A stretch of 53,724 bases of DNA, taken from an uncultured Gammaproteobacteria bacterium. GTDB taxonomy: Bacteria > Patescibacteriota > Patescibacteriia > UBA10025 > JAHIVO01. The notes below the pieces were generated by a model that did no database searches, was not told where the DNA came from, and saw only the letters and a list, made by a program, of their open reading frames with translations. The position numbers and the translations under genes are program-made. Where the stretch lies: NCBI GenBank assembly GCA_964549245.1, contig CAZJUO010000002.1, positions 1 through 53,724 on the forward strand, read 5' to 3'. The number at the start of each line of letters is the position of its first letter. The first letter of the stretch is position 1. Below are positions 19,408 to 27,765 of this stretch, piece by piece.

Positions 19408-19896
19408 ATGAACCTTAAACAAAGAATCAGCCAGTTAAGAGAAACTGGCGATGTAACAGTTGAATTTCGTTTACCGCATAGTACAGCGGGCAGCCCCTAT
19501 GAGATGGCGGAGGAGCCGCCGCCCGATCCAATGGTGGATATCAACGTGGCTCTAGCTCGCGCTACTGAAGATGATCGGTTTGAGCTATTTAAGGAGTTGT
19601 ACCAGCTGTGGGTTAGCTACGCGGCTCATGGTAATAATGCACACCGAGCAGAAGCAGAACAAATATTTGGGCCGCACATGGGCGCGGTCACCAATAATAT
19701 GGTTTATTACCAGTATGGTGAGCAACAGAACGGCGAAGCAATATTCCATATCAGGTGTTGGCTACATATATCGGAGCGGCAGTGCATGCAGGGCGCGTAT
19801 GTGGTTACCGTACGGGGTGTAGCTGCGGTGGTTGAACAGTATTACAAGGCAGCACAAACGATCTTGAGCTGTTCTCATGAAGCAGCCATGGTCTAA
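19408..19896 (+). CDS. hypothetical protein
   Basis: 162 aa. SD GGAGG lies upstream. The gene has its own promoter and terminator. Confidence 0.5.
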   Translation: MNLKQRISQLRETGDVTVEFRLPHSTAGSPYEMAEEPPPDPMVDINVALARATEDDRFELFKELYQLWVSYAAHGNNAHRAEAEQIFGPHMGAVTNNMVYYQYGEQQNGEAIFHIRCWLHISERQCMQGAYVVTVRGVAAVVEQYYKAAQTILSCSHEAAMV

Positions 19897-19906
19897 ATTT
19901 TTTTAA

Positions 19907-19935
19907 GTCAGAGAATATACCTCTGGCTTTTTTAT
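19907..19935 (+). terminator. intrinsic terminator
   Basis: GTCAGAG-aatatac-CTCTGGC followed by TTTTTTATTTT. Confidence 0.6.
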
Positions 19936-19993
19936 TTTGACTTGTTGCTGTTGGCAATGAATACAGGATAAGCGAAGCTTTGGCTATAATACG

Positions 19994-20416
19994 TTATTCA
20001 ATATCGTTTCCAAACCGCCAAAAAAAGGTAGTGATATTGGGATTACCTTCCATATAACCGATGGCACGCTCAAGCTGGAGTTGGGATAAGGTGCTGCTTA
20101 AATTTACTGGAAAGGTATCCTCGCCCGTGTGGTATTTTTTTAAAACCGGCAAAGCCGCTTCATCTCCCAGTTGGCCTAAGGCCCAGGTGGCCGTATTGCG
20201 GTTGCGCATGTTATTGGTTGGATCGTCGAGATAGGCTATCAATGCTGTGACACAACTGCCGCTATATTTGTCTTTAGCCATCTGGCAGGCGTCTTTTACC
20301 CCATAGCCTATGGTGGTTACGCTGATCAGAAAAATCAGCGCCAGGGTCATTAAACTTACCGCACCGCCATAGACTAGTATATCTTTCCATGAAATATTTT
20401 TTAACAAGGTAGGCAT
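19994..20416 (-). CDS. membrane-anchored HEAT-repeat protein
   Basis: N-terminal TM. ATWALGQLGDEAALPVLKKY matches the HEAT/PBS-lyase repeat pattern. Confidence 0.55.
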   Translation of the reverse strand: MPTLLKNISWKDILVYGGAVSLMTLALIFLISVTTIGYGVKDACQMAKDKYSGSCVTALIAYLDDPTNNMRNRNTATWALGQLGDEAALPVLKKYHTGEDTFPVNLSSTLSQLQLERAIGYMEGNPNITTFFWRFGNDIE

Positions 20417-20418
20417 AG

Positions 20419-20619
20419 TTATTGATACATAAAAATTTGTTCTATTGGTTGATCGAATGTTTTAGAGATTTTTAACGCTAGTCGCAGTGAGGGCACATAC
20501 TTGTTCTGTTCAACAGCGATGATCGTTTGGCGGGTAACGCCCACGGCGCGAGCTAAGTCCTCCTGGGTCATGGAATGCTGGGCACGGAATTGCCTTATTT
20601 TGTTATCGATGGCCGCCAT
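20419..20619 (-). CDS. XRE-family helix-turn-helix transcriptional regulator (YozG-like)
   Basis: [39 protein letters not shown]. The start was moved to ATG 20619. Confidence 0.8.
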   Translation of the reverse strand: MAAIDNKIRQFRAQHSMTQEDLARAVGVTRQTIIAVEQNKYVPSLRLALKISKTFDQPIEQIFMYQ

Positions 20620-20998
20620 GTTTTTTATTAAAGTAATGAAAGAAAATAGCGTATAGGGCAATATTAAAAATCGCCAAATAACTAAAGATTACGCCCAACG
20701 ATTCATTAAATGCGTTTTCTTGATGCTGTCCGGGGAAAATCAGCAAAATTGCAAAGACGCTGAAAATAAGCGTAGTGTATAAATATGTCCAGCGGGCTGC
20801 CTGGCCGCTGATGGTAAGTACGCGTTCGTCAATTATTTCCTGTTTATATTTATTTCGGACCGCGAAGATAAACAGAATGCCGATCAAAAAACCGAAAATA
20901 GCCAAGTACAGATTGTTGATCAAGAAGGCGGCCAATATTATTATCCCAATAGCCAGTAATATCAGCAGACGAATAATAGAAAATTGTTTAAGGCCCAT
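20603..20998 (-). CDS. membrane protein (DUF2178-like) co-operonic with the HTH regulator
   Basis: 131 aa with 4 TM helices. It overlaps the HTH gene start, a typical membrane-protein/HTH pairing. Confidence 0.55.
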   Translation of the reverse strand: MGLKQFSIIRLLILLAIGIIILAAFLINNLYLAIFGFLIGILFIFAVRNKYKQEIIDERVLTISGQAARWTYLYTTLIFSVFAILLIFPGQHQENAFNESLGVIFSYLAIFNIALYAIFFHYFNKKHGGHR

Positions 20999-21025
20999 AA
21001 TGATAATGTTAAGTATACATTACAT

Positions 21026-21054
21026 AATGTAAAGCATACTTTACATATTGTCAA
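21026..21054 (-). promoter_or_regulatory. promoter TTGACA-N17-TACATT with embedded palindromic operator
   Basis: On the minus strand, TTGACA is at 21054-21049 and TACATT at 21031-21026. The 8-bp-arm palindrome ATGTAAAG-cata-CTTTACAT (21027-21046) and TTACAT-a-ATGTAA (21020-21032) overlap the spacer and the -10. Confidence 0.5.
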
Positions 21055-21133
21055 GCCAAGTTATCCACAGCAGTAAAAAACCCTGTTCAAAAGTTATGTT
21101 GCGTTTCGTGGTTGTTGACCGTATGATATTTAA

Positions 21134-21697
21134 CTAGTTTATAGCTGACAACAATCCTTTAGCTCGTTTTTTTACCGTCGGTCTAGTGTTTTTTATCTGC
21201 CGCTTAAGCCAAGCGATGATAGCTTTATTCCCCTTAATCGTTTCTTTGAAATCAGCCAGCACATTGATGACATGACCAATGATGATAGTGCGGCATTCCG
21301 GCGAGGGTTTACCTTTATTGTAGTAGGTGATTTTTTCTACCCCGAGCAGAGCGTGGAATATTTTATTGCGTAGTCGTGGTTTTTGCCGGGCAATTTTACC
21401 AAGTGCTTTGCTGGCATTACCAGCAGTGATCAGACTGGGATCTTTTGTGTAGGCAATCAGACGCGGCACTAGTTTTGTAATAGTGCCTTTGGCGTCTACC
21501 GCAGCCAGGTTGCCGATAACTATCAATGACGTCCATTTCAGTACGTTATTCTCGCTGTCGAGTAAATTAATAAAGGTTTTAAGTTTTGGGTATAGTTTTC
21601 TGGGATTCTTTTCCGACTGGGCGATAGCCTGCTTAGCGCAGTGGTATTTGACGTGCGGGTTGTCGGATTGGAGATCTTTGAGATTAAGTTGCTTCAT
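21134..21697 (-). CDS. HEAT/ARM-like repeat protein (hypothetical)
   Basis: Start chosen at ATG 21697 (MKQLNLKDL). The sequence shows an all-helical repeat-like pattern. Confidence 0.4.
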   Translation of the reverse strand: MKQLNLKDLQSDNPHVKYHCAKQAIAQSEKNPRKLYPKLKTFINLLDSENNVLKWTSLIVIGNLAAVDAKGTITKLVPRLIAYTKDPSLITAGNASKALGKIARQKPRLRNKIFHALLGVEKITYYNKGKPSPECRTIIIGHVINVLADFKETIKGNKAIIAWLKRQIKNTRPTVKKRAKGLLSAIN

Positions 21698-22094
21698 AGT
21701 ATTTATGATGATGGACGCAATAAATTTTGTCGCCTTTGGTCCAGCGTCGCTGCTCCCGTTTAACAAATCGTCTGATGCCGTGGTCGCGGATGTATTCGAG
21801 GTTGGCGATCATACTCATCTCGTATTTAGTACGGTAGCGTTTGTCCAATTGTTTTAATCTAGCACACGGGAAGGTATCGCACTGGAAGCAGTACTGCCAT
21901 TTGTTTTTTTGCCGTTTGGTACAGGTTTTGATGCGGCAGGTGAGGCAGCTCTTCGCTTTTGCCTTGTCGCTGCCGCGGCATCCAGGACAGGGAATGTTTT
22001 GCCGGTCTGGCAACTTTCCTAGTTTTTTGAAATAAGCCATACAGAGATGGCAGTTCATGCCGCAGGGAGCGATGTGGTATTTAGTGATAGCCAC
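21684..22094 (-). CDS. DUF3795-like cysteine-rich protein
   Basis: Cys pattern CGMNCHLC...CPGCRG...CLTCRIKTC...CFQC...C. Confidence 0.6.
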   Translation of the reverse strand: MAITKYHIAPCGMNCHLCMAYFKKLGKLPDRQNIPCPGCRGSDKAKAKSCLTCRIKTCTKRQKNKWQYCFQCDTFPCARLKQLDKRYRTKYEMSMIANLEYIRDHGIRRFVKREQRRWTKGDKIYCVHHHKYYEAT

Positions 22095-22095
22095 G

Positions 22096-22434
22096 TTAGT
22101 TTATTTTAGTTTTTTTGAGCAGACCAATAACCTCTTTTTCGCTAATAGCTTTCACTGATTTAAATTCCAAGCATTTAAACGTTTTGCCGCCGCCGGAGAG
22201 TTTGGCGTGCTCTGATTTTGGCAAATGCTTTAGTGAAAAACCAAGGTTAACGTGATCTTTCGGCCCGACAATATAAAAGTGACCACTGTAGTAGGGTACA
22301 CCTAACTTAAATTCCTCGACAATCTCCGGATACGTTTTCAAAATTAATTTCCGCAGCTTGTTGCAGATTTGTTTTTGGGGGGAGGGTTGCTTATTGATGT
22401 AGTCAGTGACGGTTTTATTCATAAGGTTAGCCAT
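22096..22434 (-). CDS. DUF1801 (YdhG-like) domain protein
   Basis: 112 aa with a VTDYINKQP...LRKLILKTYPEIVEEFKLGVPYY pattern. Confidence 0.6.
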   Translation of the reverse strand: MANLMNKTVTDYINKQPSPQKQICNKLRKLILKTYPEIVEEFKLGVPYYSGHFYIVGPKDHVNLGFSLKHLPKSEHAKLSGGGKTFKCLEFKSVKAISEKEVIGLLKKTKIN

Positions 22435-22621
22435 TAATTTCCTGTACCCTACCCACTTCGCCCGTAGTCAGGCGCACCTTGATACCATGCGGGTGCGTGG
22501 GCGAATTAGTCAGGATATCCTGGACAATACCGTAGGTTAGTCTGCCGGATCGCTGGTTATGTTTGAGGATAATAGCTACCTCCAAGCCTGGTTTAATGTC
22601 GTCTCGATTTGTTCCGTTCAT
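22427..22621 (-). CDS. YwbE family protein
   Basis: RSGRLTYGIVQDILTNSPTHPHGIKVRLTTGEVGRVQEI. Confidence 0.7.
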   Translation of the reverse strand: MNGTNRDDIKPGLEVAIILKHNQRSGRLTYGIVQDILTNSPTHPHGIKVRLTTGEVGRVQEING

Positions 22622-22799
22622 GCTATGGTTATTTAGTTACTAATATTTGTCGTGATATATCAATCACCGTCCGTTTCCAAAACCTCGCCTGTTTCGCCTT
22701 GCGAAGCACCTCCTGCCTCTGCAAGGCACGAGCGGGCTGGTGGTGGGCGGGCAATTTCCAAACAAATTCCAATAATTAATATTCAAAAGCTCAAATTGT

Positions 22800-22847
22800 G
22801 AGATTGCCGCGTTGTCCCGCTAGCACGCGGCTCCTCGCAATGACAAG
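22800..22847 (+). repeat. orphan copy of the GAGATTGC...GCAATGACAAG hairpin module
   Basis: GAGATTGC-cgcgttgtcccgctagcacgcggctcctc-GCAATGACAAG has the same termini as the modules flanking the GIY-YIG gene at 25.6 kb. Confidence 0.6.
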
Positions 22848-22980
22848 AGTAGCGTTTTTATTTTACGCTGATGTTGGCGGAAAATCAAATACCCAAGTTA
22901 TTCTCATTTGGATACATTAAAACCGCCAAACTTTACTACAGCAGGTCGGTGGCCTAGCTATATATGTGCGTGAAAATTAC

Positions 22981-23277
22981 TTAATGAGGAGAAATTATCT
23001 CCCCGGAAAGGAATATAATTACAAAAGCGCCGATGGCTATGGCCAGGAAAACCAAGATAGTCCGTTCTCGTTTCATGAGGACAGCCAAAATCCCGGTGAT
23101 AAAAGCGGCTATGCCGCAGAGGCCGGCCAGGGTAAAGGGGATGGCCAAAATCAGGTTGTCAAAATATTTTTCGCCGCCGCGCTGCCCGGAGAGAACTAGC
23201 CCGTAAAATACCAAGAGCAGGACAATAAATCCGATAATGAGCCCGACTGACCATTTTCCTAATTTTGTATGAGGCAT
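22981..23277 (-). CDS. small integral membrane protein
   Basis: 98 aa with 3 hydrophobic helices. Confidence 0.5.
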   Translation of the reverse strand: MPHTKLGKWSVGLIIGFIVLLLVFYGLVLSGQRGGEKYFDNLILAIPFTLAGLCGIAAFITGILAVLMKRERTILVFLAIAIGAFVIIFLSGEIISPH

Positions 23278-23326
23278 AGGGGTTGGTTAGCAACTAATTA
23301 ATTGATTAAAGTAGTAAAGGGGATTT

Positions 23327-23803
23327 CTAGGCTTGGCTTTTCAGCCATTCGATAACTGGTGCCACTTCTTCTTTAGCCAGGCCGCCCGTTTTGATAGTGC
23401 CTTTTTTGACGGCTGCTGCGAATATTTTTTTCAGCACCAGGTTTAGTTTGTCAAGATCGATAACGCCGGTCACTTTTTTATAACCGGCCAAGCCGTTTCG
23501 GATGTGCTCGGGTATCATTTCGTATTGGGTGCGGCTGTCTTTGTCTCCTTCCGGCGAGACACCGACTACCAGCAGGTACACCTTCTTATCTTTTAAGATA
23601 TCCCATTTGCTGGCAAGGAAGGAGTTGGCAGCGATTTTGCCCATAAAAACCCGTGAAGCAATAATTATCACGTCGTATGGCGACGGATTAGGATCGGCAC
23701 GATTGGCGTCAATGAGGTCAATATTAGGCAGGGCCTCGGCGATCCACTCAGCGTACTGTCTGGTGGCGCCCCATTTGGTGAAATATATAATGGCAGGTTT
23801 CAT
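23327..23803 (-). CDS. flavodoxin-like domain protein
   Basis: The sequence starts with MKPAIIYFTKWGATRQYAEWIAE. 158 aa. Confidence 0.6.
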   Translation of the reverse strand: MKPAIIYFTKWGATRQYAEWIAEALPNIDLIDANRADPNPSPYDVIIIASRVFMGKIAANSFLASKWDILKDKKVYLLVVGVSPEGDKDSRTQYEMIPEHIRNGLAGYKKVTGVIDLDKLNLVLKKIFAAAVKKGTIKTGGLAKEEVAPVIEWLKSQA

Positions 23804-23958
23804 GTGGTGTACTGGATGAGTAATTGTAACGCTTTTTATTTTACGCTTTTATTAGTTAATAATCAACTAAGTTGCCTTGACAAAAGGCTATGTATGGTAT
23901 ATAGTAGGTTGTTACATAAGGTAATTTGCTATTTAAAAAACAAATGGAGGTTATACCT

Positions 23959-24387
23959 ATGAAAAAAGGTAATCTGCTTTTTACTATTTTTGTTGTTGTC
24001 CTGCTGGCTGTTGGCACCACTGTGCCGGCGCATGCACAGGCGGGCTGGTTCGTGGCTGGCTGGCTGCTTGGATCCTCTTCAGGGGATAATATCCAGGGTG
24101 GTGCTTCTGGCGAGGTATTGTATGTTGTTGACAGTGTTGTTGCCAAGGTTATAAATCCGCTGGAGGTGCGGACTACCACGCTGAAAGTTGACTATGATTA
24201 CGGCCACGTTAAAAGAGGCATTTCTCTTGGGGAAATCTTTGAACAAGCCATGAATGAATTATTCTATGAATATGCCGAAAAGAAAGAGTATATCCCTTTG
24301 CGCATCAGCCGGGTAGTCAGTTTCAAGCCAGGGGAACAGTGCGTCTACTGGATCGAGTTTACCGCGCGAAGTAATTTTTCGAAATGA
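23959..24387 (+). CDS. secreted hypothetical protein
   Basis: SD GGAGG lies 9 nt before ATG 23959. Signal peptide is MKKGNLLFTIFVVVLLAVGTTVPAHA. Confidence 0.5.
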   Translation: MKKGNLLFTIFVVVLLAVGTTVPAHAQAGWFVAGWLLGSSSGDNIQGGASGEVLYVVDSVVAKVINPLEVRTTTLKVDYDYGHVKRGISLGEIFEQAMNELFYEYAEKKEYIPLRISRVVSFKPGEQCVYWIEFTARSNFSK

Positions 24388-24566
24388 TAAGCCCAGAAAG
24401 CATCGGGGTATCTATGGAACAAGTATTTGAAATCATCGCCTTATCCGGATTGATACTCGGGGTTATTGGCGGCCATCGGCTCAACACGTGGTGGGGCAAG
24501 CTTATTGGCTGGGGAGGCCTCCTCATGTGTTATGGCGGCTGTACCGTTTTGTACTTAGCCCGCTAA
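24384..24566 (+). CDS. small membrane protein
   Basis: 60 aa with an ATGA overlap with the preceding gene and two hydrophobic helices. Confidence 0.4.
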   Translation: MISPESIGVSMEQVFEIIALSGLILGVIGGHRLNTWWGKLIGWGGLLMCYGGCTVLYLAR

Positions 24567-24635
24567 AATAATTTACGCTAGCAATTTTGGTTGCTGGCGT
24601 TTTTTGTATTTCCATGGCGACCGGTGGGAGTTTTG

Positions 24636-25190
24636 TTATTTGAGTAAAGCGGTATAGGAGAGTCTAATCTTGGGTTGTGCAATGATAGTAAAGCCAGTTC
24701 GCTCCGCTGTTTTCAGTGACTGGTTGAATTCTTTTTCTGAAACATGGTGCTTGGGTTCGGCAATAAAGACCCGTGCGTTGGGCTTGAGGATGTTTTTAAT
24801 CTGTTGCAGGAAACTGGCCTGGTCAGGCAGTTCATGAAGCACATGGAACAACAATACAAAATCAACAGGCGTAGAAACGCCGAGACTGCCTGGCGGAGTG
24901 AGGCGCAGTTCAATACGCTCTGCCAGAGGGGTGCTTTGTATTTTTTCTTGTACCTTATCCAGCATTCCTTGCTGCATGTCAGTAGCGATGACTTTGCCGT
25001 TTGGGCCAATCATGGTTGCCAAGGGGACAGTAAAAAATCCCGGTCCGCAGCCAAGGTCAAGGACGGTCATGCCGAGAGTAATGTAGGGGGCTAAAATTTT
25101 TTTTGGGTTGTTGATCAGTTTGCGCAGCCAGCTATCCAGGGAACCGGCTTTTTCCATGGGGCAGACTGAATGTCGGGGGGTGTTTTCCAT
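24636..25190 (-). CDS. class I SAM-dependent methyltransferase
   Basis: VLDLGCGPGFFT motif I. 184 aa. Confidence 0.75.
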   Translation of the reverse strand: MENTPRHSVCPMEKAGSLDSWLRKLINNPKKILAPYITLGMTVLDLGCGPGFFTVPLATMIGPNGKVIATDMQQGMLDKVQEKIQSTPLAERIELRLTPPGSLGVSTPVDFVLLFHVLHELPDQASFLQQIKNILKPNARVFIAEPKHHVSEKEFNQSLKTAERTGFTIIAQPKIRLSYTALLK

Positions 25191-25200
25191 TAAAAATAAT

Positions 25201-25482
25201 TTATTTTAATTGTTTATTGTCTGGCGAAGAATCTGAATTTTTGTTCTTTTTGCGCAGGAAAAAATACCAGGAGGCAATGGCCAGGACCACTAAGGTGATT
25301 ATTGTTATCGCTCCGCCGATAAAGTCTCCCCGCGCAAAGTAACGGACTATTTGTATTAGTTCTGCGATGAGCACCAGCGGTATTATTATCAGAAAAAAGA
25401 TTTTTAGTATTTTTTCCACAGCAAGGCTATATAATTGTTTATAAAACTGTACTGTTTTTGAGATTACTCCCCCCGGACTCAC
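25201..25482 (-). CDS. small membrane protein
   Basis: 93 aa with two hydrophobic helices. Confidence 0.45.
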   Translation of the reverse strand: MSPGGVISKTVQFYKQLYSLAVEKILKIFFLIIIPLVLIAELIQIVRYFARGDFIGGAITIITLVVLAIASWYFFLRKKNKNSDSSPDNKQLK

Positions 25483-25567
25483 TATGGCGAGGCAGGCGGA
25501 CTAGTAGTCGTCTTTTTTCATTTTATTACTATATTCGGGTTGATACTTACAATGGGAAACAATTTTT

Positions 25568-25952
25568 CTTGTCATTGCGAGGAATGAAATGACGAAGCAA
25601 TCTCACCCCTCCTTATTATACCAACCTTCACTCAAGTCTTCCCATTCCGGATTAATTCTTTCAATCAGATTGATTTTCTTCTGCCGCGAGCCTCCCTTGA
25701 TTTGCTTTTCTCTGGCAATGGCATCATTAATGTACTGGAATTCCTCGTAGTAAACCAATTTGTTGATATTGTATCTCTTGGTAAATCCATCCACTTCTCT
25801 ACGCTTATGCTGAAGGACACGGCCCATCAGTTCGCCAGTGACACCAGTATAGAGCGTAGTGTTTACTTTATTTGTCATGATGTAAACGTAGTAGTGGCGC
25901 TCTTTTCGCATAGTGGCTTTTTGAGATTGCTTCGCTTCGCTCGCAATGACAG
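25568..25952 (-). mobile_element. candidate miniature element: GIY-YIG ORF bounded by inverted hairpin modules
   Basis: Left module 25568-25604 is CTTGTCATTGCGAG...GAAGCAATCTC. Right module 25923-25952 is GAGATTGCTTC...CTCGCAATGACAG. The outer and inner arms are reverse complements of each other. Confidence 0.45.
25603..25911 (-). CDS. GIY-YIG nuclease family protein (small, catalytic domain only)
   Basis: YYVYIMTNKVNTTLYTGVT...RVLQHK...E. 102 aa. Confidence 0.85.
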   Translation of the reverse strand: MRKERHYYVYIMTNKVNTTLYTGVTGELMGRVLQHKRREVDGFTKRYNINKLVYYEEFQYINDAIAREKQIKGGSRQKKINLIERINPEWEDLSEGWYNKEG

Positions 25953-26086
25953 TGGTGTGCGAATTGGAGTTGTCACAATAACAAGAGAAAGTGGGCTTTA
26001 AACACTATTTAGGAAGCTCCGTTAAAACAGAACTCTTTTTTCATGACAAAAAGGTGAAGCTTATCATAGCGAGGAAAAAACTGAAA

Positions 26087-27157
26087 TTAATCTTTTTGCA
26101 CTTTATACAGCATCAGATAGCTCCCGTCATTGAGTTTAACTACCGATGGGTCGGCCGTTACATGTGAATTTGGGTCATAAAAATCGTAGCCTGACGATTC
26201 AAAAATATTTGCGTCAACTCCCGTGGCAATGTTAATGCCGGCAGTATACAAATACCAGGTATCGCCTTCCACAAATACGTCGGGTACCGCGCCGCCTTGA
26301 TATACGGGGCCTATATATTCAAATGCCAGTCCGTCGGACGCAGTAGCCAGGTTAACCATATTGCCCGCCAAATCACCGACAAACATGTACCACGTACCGT
26401 CAGCATACTCCACGTCCGGATCAAAAGCGCCGTTATGCTCAAAACGCATGCCTTGTTCCTGCGTAAAATTAATTCCATCATCAGAGATAGCAGAATAAAT
26501 TTTTTGCGGGGGTTCAATGCCGCTAGCCGGTTTATTAAGGCGCGGTTCATTGATATCAAAATAGTATAAGCGTATTCGGCCATCGGCCAGGAGTACCGGA
26601 GCAGGATCGGCGGTGGCTTTATCTCCCAGTCCGTCAATGGTTAGAATTTCTGGTTCTGACCAGGTTTGGCCTTGGTCTTCAGACTTTACCATGCCCAGCT
26701 GTTCTTTTAGGCCGTTAGTGGAAACATCTACGAAATAGACGAAAATCGTACCGTTTTTTACCACTGCACCCGGCACCGAAGCGTGTTCAGCCAGGATAAC
26801 GTTCGATGGCGTCCAGTTTAGTAAATCAGTACTGGTAGCATACGTTACTTTATCGCGGTAGGGTCCTTCATTCATGGCAGACCAGTTAAACATATTAGAA
26901 TCTTGTTGGACGGTTTTTTGGTTGGTGTTGCTGTTACTTGTAGTGATTTGCTCGGTAGTGCAATTGTAAGGGATGCCATAACAGGTTACGTCGACCGGTC
27001 CGATGGCGAGCATACTGTGTTCAAAGCCCAAGCAATCGCACGATTTTATTTCGCACCCAGCGCAGGTACCGCCCGAACCGCTTTTTCGGGGGAAGAAAAA
27101 AATTCCTGCCCCAATGATGATTATAACTACCAGAATAATAATTGTTTTTTTATTCAT
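26087..27157 (-). CDS. secreted beta-propeller protein with BNR/Asp-box (sialidase- or glycoside-hydrolase-like)
   Basis: N-terminal TM or signal and a Cys-rich linker. One clear Asp-box is present (SEDQGQTWS). Confidence 0.5.
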   Translation of the reverse strand: MNKKTIIILVVIIIIGAGIFFFPRKSGSGGTCAGCEIKSCDCLGFEHSMLAIGPVDVTCYGIPYNCTTEQITTSNSNTNQKTVQQDSNMFNWSAMNEGPYRDKVTYATSTDLLNWTPSNVILAEHASVPGAVVKNGTIFVYFVDVSTNGLKEQLGMVKSEDQGQTWSEPEILTIDGLGDKATADPAPVLLADGRIRLYYFDINEPRLNKPASGIEPPQKIYSAISDDGINFTQEQGMRFEHNGAFDPDVEYADGTWYMFVGDLAGNMVNLATASDGLAFEYIGPVYQGGAVPDVFVEGDTWYLYTAGINIATGVDANIFESSGYDFYDPNSHVTADPSVVKLNDGSYLMLYKVQKD

Positions 27158-27162
27158 AGTTT

Positions 27163-27576
27163 TTATATAGTTTGTAAAAATTTTTCAATTGTATTGTACC
27201 GTTCCTGGAAAATCAGGTAAAGGCTTTCGGCTTTTTCAGGACGGCCAATGAGAATTAATTTTTTTCCTAAGCCATAGGCTATTCCCGCTTCGATATGAGT
27301 AGAAGTACCGGCCGGCAGAAGCACAATTACCGCTTTGGCATTTTTTAATCCCTGGAGGTCTTTTTGAAAAACGTATTTGAAGTAGGAATCATTATAAAAA
27401 TCCTGAACCTGTTCGAATTTTTTCATCTGTTCTTCCGGAGGTGCGGTTGGCCGATCAGGATCAGCCGGGGTATCACAAAAACTATAACACGTTTTGCCGC
27501 GCTGTTTTAGTTGCTCAATAAGATATTCGCACTGCTTTTTGTTGCGGAAGCGGGAGATGATGGTATAGTCGGTCAT
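27163..27576 (-). CDS. nucleoside 2-deoxyribosyltransferase-like protein
   Basis: The C-terminal AVIVLLPAGTSTHIEAGIAYGLGKKLILIG resembles the NDT family E-x-G...GK motif. Confidence 0.5.
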   Translation of the reverse strand: MTDYTIISRFRNKKQCEYLIEQLKQRGKTCYSFCDTPADPDRPTAPPEEQMKKFEQVQDFYNDSYFKYVFQKDLQGLKNAKAVIVLLPAGTSTHIEAGIAYGLGKKLILIGRPEKAESLYLIFQERYNTIEKFLQTI

Positions 27577-27624
27577 GCGTTTGGCGGGCTTTACAAAATG
27601 ATAATAATACTATAAGCTAGGTAT

Positions 27625-27765
27625 ACCCTTTCATGTGATATATATCACATACTTGGCGATAAATGCGTATTGTATTGATTATGAATTAAGCTATGTGGGC
27701 TTATTCAGGCGGTGAGGGTTACTAACGAGGTGGGGATACTACGCATTTTATCGCCTTTTTTATTT
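27625..27765 (+). ncRNA. candidate small structured RNA (unclassified)
   Basis: A plus-strand promoter-like TTACAA-N16-TAAGCT sits at 27591-27618. It is followed by the 18-bp palindrome 27633-27650. A 15-bp stem (27655-27669 with 27740-27755) is followed by TTTTTTATTTT. Confidence 0.3.

Noticed and set aside
22851-22869. A 15-nt match TTTTTATTTTACGCT is shared between 22855-22869 and 23833-23847.
   Set aside because: It is AT-rich and low-complexity. One copy forms an AGCGT/ACGCT hairpin and the other does not, so a chance match is likely.
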